Positions 18,383-25,980 of a stretch of DNA of 64,000 nt are shown in pieces. Location: the IMG/VR virus record IMGVR_UViG_3300031963_000016, positions 1-64,000 of that record. One strand, written 5' to 3'. The notes below the pieces were generated by a model. That model worked only from the letters and a program-made list of their open reading frames with translations, was not told the DNA's origin and made no database searches. Every line of letters starts with the position of its first letter. The stretch's first letter is position 1. A program made the translations under genes and the position numbers. This DNA is from a virus.

Positions 18383-19072
18383 ATGCCTAACTGGTGCGAC
18401 AACTCTGTGACATTATATCATGAAGATAAATCAAAGATTGATGCTCTTGCAGAAGAAATGGAAAAGAAAAATGCCACAAATCAATCGATGGCTTGTCCAT
18501 TTCAACATCTTCATCCTCGTCCAGAAGACCAAGAAGAAAATTGGTATGATTGGAATGTGAATAATTGGGGTACAAAGTGGGAAGCAAGTATTATTGATTG
18601 GAGTCGAGACGATGACAATACGATTACAATCTATTTTGAATCAGCTTGGAGTCCACCAATCGCACTCTATGATTACCTGACAGATAATGATTGGGATGTA
18701 AATGCTCTCTATCATGAACCTGGAATGGGATATGCTGGTATGTATAATAATGGTAGTGATGAATATTATGAATATAATCCAGCAGATAAAGATAGCATTG
18801 ATAGTTTACCATCAGATGTGATTGATTTTGCTGGATTAGAAAATGCTCATAATGAATATGTGACTAATCTTCTTGAAGAAGAGTGGGGCGATGCAGAAAG
18901 AACAGAATGGATTGAAGCAAAAACTAGTCCTATCTTAGAAGGATGGTATGAAGTCTCAACCACCAGCTGGGAATTCCCACACTTTATGCAGTTCGTGAAT
19001 GGTGAATGGGATTGTTATGATCCTACTTGTGTTAAACAATGGCGTGGGCTAGCTAATAATCCAAATGTTTAA
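18383..19072 (+). CDS. DUF1281/YubB ferredoxin-like domain protein
   Basis: MPNWCDN, WYDWNVNNWGTKW, FESAWSPP, EPGMGYAG. Confidence 0.8.
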   Translation: MPNWCDNSVTLYHEDKSKIDALAEEMEKKNATNQSMACPFQHLHPRPEDQEENWYDWNVNNWGTKWEASIIDWSRDDDNTITIYFESAWSPPIALYDYLTDNDWDVNALYHEPGMGYAGMYNNGSDEYYEYNPADKDSIDSLPSDVIDFAGLENAHNEYVTNLLEEEWGDAERTEWIEAKTSPILEGWYEVSTTSWEFPHFMQFVNGEWDCYDPTCVKQWRGLANNPNV

Positions 19073-19838
19073 AAAATCTTTAGATGTTTACTGGTCTCCT
19101 TATGGTGGAAATGGAGAACATACAGAAAGAATAGAATACATGAGATGTATGTCCAACATCTTGTGGATCGAACCACAGCCTTTGTTAAAACATGTAGTTG
19201 AAGAAAGAAATAAAGATGTTTTGTATTTAAAATGTCCTGCATTTACCAGTGTGTATAAAAATACTTTTGTTATAAAATCTCCAGTTGACATTGAATTTAT
19301 CATAGCTCCAGATGCAACTGGTTCTAAAAAAGTTTATACTACCAATGATACTTCTGATATGCACTTAGATTTTTTCACAAACAGAAATGAAGACGAAAAC
19401 AATGTATTTAAGATGATGAGTTTTACTATTAGTTATTTGTTTTACGCCAAAGAAACTGTAGAGATGGAGATATATCCACCAGTGCTTTCTCAACATACAT
19501 CTGAAACTCTAAGGAATATTTCTGTTATCTGTGGAAAATTCGACATATCAAAATGGATCAGACCAGTAGATTTTGCATTCGAAATAATTGATGATTTTAA
19601 ACCTTTGGTATTCAAACGAGGAGATCCACTGTTTTATATCAGATTTAATACTGAAAAATCTGTTAACTTAAAAAGAATAGAATTGAATGACGATATAATT
19701 AAACTTGCAAGCACTAGTATTCGACTTAAAAAATATTTTCCATTCAACTCTCTAAAACAAAATTATGAATTTGCAAAACCATTAATTAACCTATACAATA
19801 AATCTTTATTTAAGAAAAAGTGTCCGTTTAAATTTTAA
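19065..19838 (+). CDS. Hypothetical protein (beta-rich accessory family)
   Basis: KCPAF...NTFVIKSP, WIRPV, GDPLFYIRF, C-terminal KCPF; resembles 30570..31313. Confidence 0.7.
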   Translation: MFKKSLDVYWSPYGGNGEHTERIEYMRCMSNILWIEPQPLLKHVVEERNKDVLYLKCPAFTSVYKNTFVIKSPVDIEFIIAPDATGSKKVYTTNDTSDMHLDFFTNRNEDENNVFKMMSFTISYLFYAKETVEMEIYPPVLSQHTSETLRNISVICGKFDISKWIRPVDFAFEIIDDFKPLVFKRGDPLFYIRFNTEKSVNLKRIELNDDIIKLASTSIRLKKYFPFNSLKQNYEFAKPLINLYNKSLFKKKCPFKF

Positions 19839-19839
19839 T

Positions 19840-20559
19840 ATGAAATCTTTAATAAGTGCGGGTATATTATCTACATTTGTTTTTTCTACCAATGTATATG
19901 CGTTAGATATATCATTCGGTACTGGTGAAGATAAAGATTGTAATATCGCTAGAGCATTTGCAATTAATAATGCGATTGATCATCATGCTGAAAAAGAATT
20001 CGAAGTTATTAAGAGACAAACATGTAGGGAAACAAACTCGACTGGGGTTTCTTGTGAATTTATTAAGAGAACAGAGGTAGAATCTAATGGTGTGTTGAAA
20101 AAAGTTTTAAATGAACGAGTAAGGAAAAATAAACATACTTGTTTAGTTGATGTAAAAATAGAAATTGAACCATCTAGAATATTGCGTGGAGATATTATTA
20201 ATGCAAAAGAGATTGCGATAGATGGTGAGCGTTACAATTTTGATATTATAACAAAAGAACCTTTATATGTTTATTTGTTCAATGCATATCAAAATACAAT
20301 TAAACTAATGTATCCATATGACAATTCTAGTAATTTGTTGCATGGAAGTTTAAGCCTACCAGATGGTAATTGGTGGCAAGCAGATTTACCAAAGGGAGTC
20401 AATCAAAGTGAGGAAACACTTATGGCTGTATTCTCTAAAGAAAAAATTTCTTTTGGTAAACATATGGACAAAGATGAAATTTATCGCCAAATTGCATCAA
20501 TGCCCATGTATTCAAGAAGAGTAGTATATCACAATTTTGTAATAAAACGGAGAAAGTGA
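19840..20559 (+). CDS. Secreted protein with DUF4384-like C-terminal domain
   Basis: Signal peptide; YVYLFNAYQNTIKLMYPYD...LPDGNW. Confidence 0.6.
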   Translation: MKSLISAGILSTFVFSTNVYALDISFGTGEDKDCNIARAFAINNAIDHHAEKEFEVIKRQTCRETNSTGVSCEFIKRTEVESNGVLKKVLNERVRKNKHTCLVDVKIEIEPSRILRGDIINAKEIAIDGERYNFDIITKEPLYVYLFNAYQNTIKLMYPYDNSSNLLHGSLSLPDGNWWQADLPKGVNQSEETLMAVFSKEKISFGKHMDKDEIYRQIASMPMYSRRVVYHNFVIKRRK

Positions 20560-20560
20560 A

Positions 20561-21217
20561 ATGAGAACCAAAATGATTATGACATATATCCTCGCTTGTA
20601 GTCTTGGGTTAATAACGGCAGGTTGCACAACATTTAGTAAAGATCCTAATAAGACTGTAGAAATTCCAGCAAACAAACTGGATAATATTCCGCAGTGGTA
20701 TCTAGCAAAAGATCCAGAAGACAAGAAACACATTGTTGTTGTAGCTACAGACATATCTCGTGATATGCAGTTTGCAATTGACAAAGCAACACTTAACGCA
20801 AAGATTCAATTAGCATCTAGGTTAAAAACAGATGTTGATTCTCTAATGCGTGAATCTACAACCGAATCAGGAAACACTGGCTCTGGTAATGTTGAACGAG
20901 AAATTGATCGTGTATCAAAAGTTCGTGTTAAACAAGCACTTGGATTCTTTAAACGAGAGAATGTTGCAGTGTTTAGAGAAGGAGATAACTATCGTGCATA
21001 TGTACAATACAAAATTTCTATTGAAGATGTACATCAGTTTACACGAAAGGGAGACAACAAATCTCGTGAAGATCGTTTAAAAGAATTGGATGGAGAGAAA
21101 GTATCTTCTGCGCCCAATGTTGACTTGTTAGATGTTAATAATGAAGAATATAAACGTCTCCGTGCTGAAGCATTACAAAAACCAAATGCTGTCGTACAAA
21201 GATATACAATTCAATAA
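20561..21217 (+). CDS. LPP20-like lipoprotein
   Basis: Lipobox ITAGC; IPQWY; AIDKATLNAKIQLA. Confidence 0.7.
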   Translation: MRTKMIMTYILACSLGLITAGCTTFSKDPNKTVEIPANKLDNIPQWYLAKDPEDKKHIVVVATDISRDMQFAIDKATLNAKIQLASRLKTDVDSLMRESTTESGNTGSGNVEREIDRVSKVRVKQALGFFKRENVAVFREGDNYRAYVQYKISIEDVHQFTRKGDNKSREDRLKELDGEKVSSAPNVDLLDVNNEEYKRLRAEALQKPNAVVQRYTIQ

Positions 21218-21218
21218 T

Positions 21219-21647
21219 ATGAAACAGAAGTGGATTGACGCATTTATGGATACAGCTGAGAGATTCGCTCAGCTGTCCAGTGCTAAAAGACTGCAGGTCG
21301 GTGCGGTTGTCGTAAAAGACAATCGTATCATCTCAATTGGATATAATGGTATGCCATCTGGTTGGGACAATAATTGCGAACAAATAGTACAACATTCAGA
21401 TGATACAGTCGAGTTAAAGACAAAAGATGAAGTAATCCATGCTGAAGCCAATGCAATTAGTAAACTAGCAAAAAGTGGAGACAGCGGCAATGGCGCATAT
21501 CTATTTTGCACTCATGCACCTTGTATTCATTGTGCAAAGATCGTATATGGTGCAGGGATAAGTAAAGTGTTCTATCGTGATTCTTATCGAGACGATAGTG
21601 GTATTGATTTTTTAACTAAATGTAACATTGAAGTTACTAAAACATAA
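21219..21647 (+). CDS. cd: dCMP deaminase
   Basis: QVGAVVVK, GYNG, HAEANAI, APCIHC; start at ATG 21219. Confidence 0.93.
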   Translation: MKQKWIDAFMDTAERFAQLSSAKRLQVGAVVVKDNRIISIGYNGMPSGWDNNCEQIVQHSDDTVELKTKDEVIHAEANAISKLAKSGDSGNGAYLFCTHAPCIHCAKIVYGAGISKVFYRDSYRDDSGIDFLTKCNIEVTKT

Positions 21648-21658
21648 AGGAAATTTAA

Positions 21659-22204
21659 ATGAAGACAGTAGGAGATAAACTCGATTCATTCGTTGTTACT
21701 GGAGTTCGTCCTGGACAACCACAAGACGCATTTTTTGATATTACGGAGAAATCATTTGAGGGAAAGTGGAAAGTAATCGTTTACTATCCAAAAGATTTTA
21801 CATTCGTATGTCCTACAGAAATTGTAGCATATGATAAATTGTTTCAAGATTTTACAGATCGTGACGCAGTTCTCTTGACAGGTAGCACTGATAATGAGTT
21901 TTGTAAAGTTGAATGGCAAAGATCACATGCTGAATTAAAACAAATTAAACATATTCAATTTGCTGATACTCAGCGTGAGTGGGATAAATCCTTGATCGAT
22001 CAACTTGGTGTGTTCTATAATCCAGCAGGTGCTGCTTTGCGTGCTACATTTATTGTAGATCCAGAGAATGTAATTCAGCATGTGACTGTGAACAATCTAA
22101 ATGTAGGTCGTTCACCTGAAGAGACATTGCGTATCCTTGATGCACTTCAAACTGGCGAGCTATGCGCATGTAATCGTACTGTTGGTGGAGAAACACTTAA
22201 ATGA
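21659..22204 (+). CDS. ahpC: Peroxiredoxin (alkyl hydroperoxide reductase C)
   Basis: YPKDFTFVCPTE, RATFIVDP, LDALQTGELC. Confidence 0.95.
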   Translation: MKTVGDKLDSFVVTGVRPGQPQDAFFDITEKSFEGKWKVIVYYPKDFTFVCPTEIVAYDKLFQDFTDRDAVLLTGSTDNEFCKVEWQRSHAELKQIKHIQFADTQREWDKSLIDQLGVFYNPAGAALRATFIVDPENVIQHVTVNNLNVGRSPEETLRILDALQTGELCACNRTVGGETLK

Positions 22205-22614
22205 TTGATTGTATGATCATTGGAGATAGTATCGCAGTTGGTGTGGCGATGGCTAGACCTGATTGTGTAAGTTATTCTCGTGGTGGATGGAACAGCTGGC
22301 AATGGAATAAAGATTATTTGTCAGTGGCTTCTACTCGTCAGCCAAAAACTTTAATTATTAGTCTGGGTGCTAATGATCATAAGGGTGTTAAAACAGAACA
22401 AGAGTTGCGAAAAATGCGTGCTGCTATAAAAGCAGATCGTGTCTTCTGGATTAGTCCAGGAGCAGAAAGAAAACCTGTTCCTCAAGAAGCAATAGAAAAA
22501 ATTGCTAAAGAATATAATGATGTAGTTCTTCCAAGACCTACTCAACATATGAGTTCTGATGGAATACATCCCACAGGTCGTGGATATAAATTATTAGGAG
22601 ATCAAACAAAATGA
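22201..22614 (+). CDS. SGNH/GDSL-like hydrolase
   Basis: GDSIA, GAND, DGIHP catalytic blocks. Confidence 0.8.
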   Translation: MIDCMIIGDSIAVGVAMARPDCVSYSRGGWNSWQWNKDYLSVASTRQPKTLIISLGANDHKGVKTEQELRKMRAAIKADRVFWISPGAERKPVPQEAIEKIAKEYNDVVLPRPTQHMSSDGIHPTGRGYKLLGDQTK

Positions 22615-23117
22615 GTTTTATTGACTCTGTTAAAGAAGCATTACCAGAATACGCAAAGGATACTAAATTAAATATTGATTCAGTTCTTTTACGTAGTACT
22701 CTAGATGCAGATGAGGCGATGGGTTGTGCAGTTGCTGCATTAGCAGCAACTGGTAATGGTAAGTTATTAAATTTACTACTTGCTGATGCACCATCTGATG
22801 CTACTGCTGCAATGACTGCTGCAAGTTTGATGGCGCAGAACAATGTTTGGTATCCATATGTTGAGATGACGAATGATCCTAATCTAAAAGGATTGCCAGC
22901 ACAATTAAGAATGAATGCCATTACTACTAGTGGTGGTACAACAAAAGGTAGATTTGAAGCGTATTCTCTTGCTGCAAGTATTGTTGGCAAATGTCATTTT
23001 TGTGTGAAGGCACATTATGATGGACTAAAAAGACTAGGTTACACTGTTGAACAATTGCGAGACATTGGACGAATTGCTGCAGTTATGAATGCATGTGCAA
23101 AAGTATTAAATAATTAA
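22611..23117 (+). CDS. ahpD: Alkylhydroperoxidase AhpD (CMD family)
   Basis: LPEYAKDTKLN start, MAQNNVWY, SIVGKCHFCVKAH. Confidence 0.92.
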   Translation: MSFIDSVKEALPEYAKDTKLNIDSVLLRSTLDADEAMGCAVAALAATGNGKLLNLLLADAPSDATAAMTAASLMAQNNVWYPYVEMTNDPNLKGLPAQLRMNAITTSGGTTKGRFEAYSLAASIVGKCHFCVKAHYDGLKRLGYTVEQLRDIGRIAAVMNACAKVLNN

Positions 23118-23175
23118 AATTTTGACAAAAATAACATTTTCAGATAAATTTTTGTCTAAATAGATATAGAAGTAT

Positions 23176-23242
23176 GGATAACCCTGCAAGCAATAGGGTT
23201 ATCCAGAAACTGCTTGACAAATAACCAAATTTAGGGAATAAT
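23176..23242 (+). promoter_or_regulatory. Stem-loop plus sigma70 promoter driving the leader and tRNA array
   Basis: GGATAACCCT/AGGGTTATCC hairpin; TTGACA(23214)-17-AATAAT(23237). Confidence 0.8.
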
Positions 23243-23252
23243 CTCTTCTATT

Positions 23253-23375
23253 ATGAAACTCAGATCGATATCCACTGTAGCAAAGCATTTACCACCAACA
23301 AGTGGTTGGACATGCTCACGCCCACAGTTTGGATATGCCATTGAGAATGATACTGGGGGTTTGGCAAGTAGATAG
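23253..23375 (+). CDS. Putative attenuator leader peptide (40 aa, all 20 amino acids)
   Basis: MKLRSISTVAKHLPPTSGWTCSRPQFGYAIENDTGGLASR*; starts ~10 nt after the -10 box; last codons form the 5' arm of the antiterminator. Confidence 0.65.
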   Translation: MKLRSISTVAKHLPPTSGWTCSRPQFGYAIENDTGGLASR

Positions 23376-23436
23376 AGATACATCTGTATACTTACCAAAC
23401 CCTCTGAGATGAAAATCCAGAGGGTTTTTTGTTTTA
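23355..23436 (+). terminator. Overlapping antiterminator and intrinsic terminator (attenuator)
   Basis: Antiterminator 23355-23370 pairs 23389-23404; terminator CCCTCTGAGAT-GAAA-ATCCAGAGGG 23401-23425 followed by TTTTTTGTTTT. Confidence 0.8.
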
Positions 23437-23463
23437 TTGCTCTTTAAAAATTCGGGATTCTGT

Positions 23464-23539
23464 AGGGGATTCGCCAAGTTGGTAAGGCATCGGATTTTGA
23501 TTCCGACATGCGGTGGTTCGAGTCCATCATCCCCTGCCA
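23464..23539 (+). tRNA. trnQ: tRNA-Gln(UUG)
   Basis: Cloverleaf; loop TT TTG AT; CCA. Confidence 0.95.
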
Positions 23540-23578
23540 AACAAATGTGCATTTGCACGAGGAAGTGTGCATCTGTTT

Positions 23579-23652
23579 GGGGGTATAACTTAGTGGTAAA
23601 GTAGTAGGCTTTTAACCTATTAACCAGAGTTCGATTCTCTGTGCCCCTACCA
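23579..23652 (+). tRNA. trnK: tRNA-Lys(UUU)
   Basis: GTAGG CT TTT AA CCTAT; CCA. Confidence 0.95.
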
Positions 23653-23660
23653 AATTCAGT

Positions 23661-23736
23661 GGTGTCTATAGTGTAGTGGTCTGCACTTCTTGCTGTGAAC
23701 GAGAGAGTATGAGTTCGATCCTCATTAGACACCCCA
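23661..23736 (+). tRNA. trnH: tRNA-His(GUG)
   Basis: CT GTG AA; G-1:C73; CCA. Confidence 0.95.
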
Positions 23737-23737
23737 T

Positions 23738-23813
23738 GCAACTCTAGCTGATGTGGTCATAGCGGTGGTCTGAAGAGCCATTGAAACAGGTTCGATTCCT
23801 GTGGGTTGCACCA
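23738..23813 (+). tRNA. trnF: tRNA-Phe(GAA)
   Basis: CT GAA GA (G37); CCA. Confidence 0.93.
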
Positions 23814-23822
23814 AAAGATTTT

Positions 23823-23897
23823 ACCGATGTAGCTCAGTGGTAGAGCAGTGTCTTGATAAGGCATTGGTCGGTGGTTCAATCCCACTCATCGGTACCA
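23823..23897 (+). tRNA. trnI: tRNA-Ile(GAU)
   Basis: TT GAT AA; CCA. Confidence 0.95.
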
Positions 23898-23903
23898 AGA
23901 TAC

Positions 23904-23978
23904 GCTTCGTTAACTCAGCGGTAGAGTGTCTCCCTTACAAGGAGAAGGTCGGCAGTTCGATCCTGTCACGAAGCACCA
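23904..23978 (+). tRNA. trnV: tRNA-Val(UAC)
   Basis: TCTCC CT TAC AA GGAGA; CCA. Confidence 0.95.
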
Positions 23979-23983
23979 ATACT

Positions 23984-24057
23984 GGGGGATTAGTTAAATG
24001 GGATAACATTGGCTTTGCAAGTCAAGATTGAGAGTTCGATTCTCTCATCCTCCACCA
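23984..24057 (+). tRNA. trnA: tRNA-Ala(UGC)
   Basis: TT TGC AA; CCA. Confidence 0.93.
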
Positions 24058-24058
24058 T

Positions 24059-24133
24059 ACCCGATTGGTGAAATGAATATCACATCTTGCTACGAACGAG
24101 AAGTTGGGAGTTTGATTCTCTCATTGGGTGCCA
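24059..24133 (+). tRNA. trnR: tRNA-Arg(ACG)
   Basis: CT ACG AA; atypical T-loop TTTGATT; CCA. Confidence 0.9.
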
Positions 24134-24140
24134 AAATTAT

Positions 24141-24232
24141 GGAGAGTAATGCAGGTGCGTTGGTGCGCCGACCAGCCTTGAAAACTGGGTTCTCAGAAAT
24201 GGGATGGGGTTCGACTCCTCTGCTCTCCGCCA
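24141..24232 (+). tRNA. trnS: tRNA-Ser(UGA)
   Basis: CT TGA AA; long variable arm; atypical D region; G73-CCA. Confidence 0.88.
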
Positions 24233-24268
24233 TTATACATACATAAGTAGATAACAAAGGAGATACTT

Positions 24269-24841
24269 ATGAATTTAGATGTTGATCAAAAAATTGTTGG
24301 TGACATGCCACTAGAGTTAATTAATAATCTTCTTAGTTCAATTGATGAAGAAGATTGGTATGCTGGTGATTATCGTCAACGTGTTGGTAATATGAGTGAT
24401 TGTAATTCAATACCAATTTATCACACTCCTTTGTGCGCTTCTGGTAGATGTGATATGGAACCAATCAGAAGTATACGCAAAGAAAAAATGTACAATAAGT
24501 TTTTTCCACTTGTTGAGCCGATATTAGAAGAGTTAAGAAAGTATTATGAGTTTAGACAGTACTCTTGTTTTATGGCAAGATTACATCCAGGTGGAATAAT
24601 TGGTGAACATATTGATCGTGGTAGTTTCTTAGAACTCTGTCATCGTGTGCATGTACCACTAAAATCTAATTCAAAAATAAGATACGTAATTGATGGAAAA
24701 TCTTATTATTGGGAACCAGGAAAGATTTATGAGTTTAACAATACTAAAATGCATGGCGTATATAATGAATCAGATGAACATCGAATTCATTTAGTTGTAA
24801 ATTTGTATAATCTTACTGACGAACAACTAGAAAAAGATTAA
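24269..24841 (+). CDS. Aspartyl/asparaginyl beta-hydroxylase-like 2OG-Fe(II) oxygenase inside the tRNA array
   Basis: ARLHPGG.I.EHID, RVHVPL, NNTKMHGVYN, RIHLVVN. Confidence 0.85.
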   Translation: MNLDVDQKIVGDMPLELINNLLSSIDEEDWYAGDYRQRVGNMSDCNSIPIYHTPLCASGRCDMEPIRSIRKEKMYNKFFPLVEPILEELRKYYEFRQYSCFMARLHPGGIIGEHIDRGSFLELCHRVHVPLKSNSKIRYVIDGKSYYWEPGKIYEFNNTKMHGVYNESDEHRIHLVVNLYNLTDEQLEKD

Positions 24842-24842
24842 T

Positions 24843-24930
24843 GGAGAGTTGGCAGAGTGGTTAATGCAGCAGTTTGCTAAACTGTCGTTTCGAAAGAGGC
24901 GCATAGGTTCGAATCCTATACTCTCCGCCA
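24843..24930 (+). tRNA. trnS: tRNA-Ser(GCU)
   Basis: TT GCT AA; long variable arm; CCA. Confidence 0.95.
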
Positions 24931-24934
24931 AATT

Positions 24935-25026
24935 AGTGGGTTAGTTTAACGGTAAAACAGCGGATTTATATCCCGTGTGCAACAGATAATTGGCCAATAT
25001 GGGTTCGACTCCCATACCCACTACCA
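24935..25026 (+). tRNA. Atypical tRNA with UAU anticodon (Ile-AUA) and 22-nt extra region
   Basis: AGTGGGT/ACCCACT acceptor, D arm, loop TT TAT AT (24965-24971), TTCGACT T-loop, A73-CCA. Confidence 0.78.
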
Positions 25027-25031
25027 GATAT

Positions 25032-25113
25032 GCCCCTGTGGACAAATTGGTAAAGTCACCTCTCTCAAACAGAGGAGTATGATATCTCCGTTCGAATCGG
25101 AGCAGGGGCACCA
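25032..25113 (+). tRNA. trnL: tRNA-Leu(CAA)
   Basis: CCTCT CT CAA AC AGAGG; CCA. Confidence 0.93.
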
Positions 25114-25114
25114 G

Positions 25115-25143
25115 TTGACATGCAAGATTGTTTGTGGTATAAT
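25115..25143 (+). promoter_or_regulatory. Internal sigma70 promoter in the tRNA array
   Basis: TTGACA-17-TATAAT (perfect consensus). Confidence 0.8.
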
Positions 25144-25152
25144 AGTGTTATT

Positions 25153-25235
25153 GCGAGTGTGGTGAAATTGGTAAACACAGGAGACTTAAAATCTCCCGCT
25201 TCGGCTTGTCGGTTCGAGTCCGACCATTCGCACCA
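25153..25235 (+). tRNA. trnL: tRNA-Leu(UAA)
   Basis: GGAGA CT TAA AA TCTCC; CCA. Confidence 0.95.
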
Positions 25236-25236
25236 T

Positions 25237-25311
25237 ATCCCCATAGTATAATGGATAATACAGTAGTCTTCTAAACTACGAATAGAGGTTCGATTCCTCT
25301 TGGGGGTGCCA
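25237..25311 (+). tRNA. trnR: tRNA-Arg(UCU)
   Basis: GTAGT CT TCT AA ACTAC; CCA. Confidence 0.95.
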
Positions 25312-25318
25312 AAAATTT

Positions 25319-25395
<77 letters not shown>

Positions 25396-25400
25396 AATAT

Positions 25401-25475
25401 GCACAGGTGACTGAATGGTAAGGTAGCAGTCTGCAAAACTGATGTTCGTGGGTTCGATTCCCACCCTGTGCTCCA
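25401..25475 (+). tRNA. trnC: tRNA-Cys(GCA)
   Basis: CT GCA AA; U73; CCA. Confidence 0.93.
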
Positions 25476-25491
25476 AGTTGCAAAACAGTTG

Positions 25492-25520
25492 TTGTCTTGC
25501 AAGATTAGTTGTAGTATAAT
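25492..25520 (+). promoter_or_regulatory. Internal sigma70 promoter in the tRNA array
   Basis: TTGTCT-17-TATAAT. Confidence 0.75.
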
Positions 25521-25547
25521 AGTTTATTCAAAAGTCCTCTCTAAGTC

Positions 25548-25651
25548 GTGTGTGAATTCATACGCCTGAGGCAAGCGTGGCATAGGATGTTGCAATTCGC
25601 CTACACACCTCCCATGCAAGCAAGTTTGGTAGTTCTTGATAAAAACTGCCA
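25548..25651 (+). ncRNA. Candidate structured RNA ahead of tRNA-Glu
   Basis: GTGTGT/ACACAC and GAATT/AATTC helices with inner hairpin; separate TGGTAGTT/AACTGCCA hairpin. Confidence 0.45.
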
Positions 25652-25655
25652 CTAT

Positions 25656-25730
25656 GCACGATTCGTCTATCGGTTAGGACACTGCCCTTTCACGGCAGGA
25701 AGAGGAGTTCGATTCTCCTATCGTGTACCA
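25656..25730 (+). tRNA. trnE: tRNA-Glu(UUC)
   Basis: CTGCC CT TTC AC GGCAG; CCA. Confidence 0.95.
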
Positions 25731-25731
25731 T

Positions 25732-25817
25732 GGGTTGTGAGAAGCATTGGTGACTTCAGCAGACTGTAAATCTGTCGCCTTATGGCATACGGGGTTCGAT
25801 TCCCTGACAACCCACCA
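25732..25817 (+). tRNA. trnY: tRNA-Tyr(GUA)
   Basis: CT GTA AA; long variable arm; CCA. Confidence 0.95.
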
Positions 25818-25825
25818 GAATTTAA

Positions 25826-25902
25826 GGTGCGTTAGTTCAGTTGGTTAGAATACTTGCCTGTCACGCAAGTGGTCAGGGGTTCGAGTCCCCTACGCATCGC
25901 CA
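25826..25902 (+). tRNA. trnD: tRNA-Asp(GUC)
   Basis: CTTGC CT GTC AC GCAAG; CCA. Confidence 0.95.
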
Positions 25903-25905
25903 GTT

Positions 25906-25979
25906 TGCGGAGTAGAGAAATGGTATCTCGAGAGTTTCATATGCTCTAGTTGATGGTTCGATTCCGTCCTCCGCTACCA
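25906..25979 (+). tRNA. trnM: tRNA-Met(CAU), initiator-like (1:72 mismatch)
   Basis: TT CAT AT; unpaired U1/U72; lacks the 3 G:C anticodon-stem pairs of canonical fMet. Confidence 0.8.
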
Positions 25980-25980
25980 A

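Noticed and set aside
24935-25026. Selenocysteine or suppressor tRNA suggested by the long extra region
   Set aside because: The anticodon is UAU, not UCA/CUA, and the acceptor stem is the normal 7 bp.
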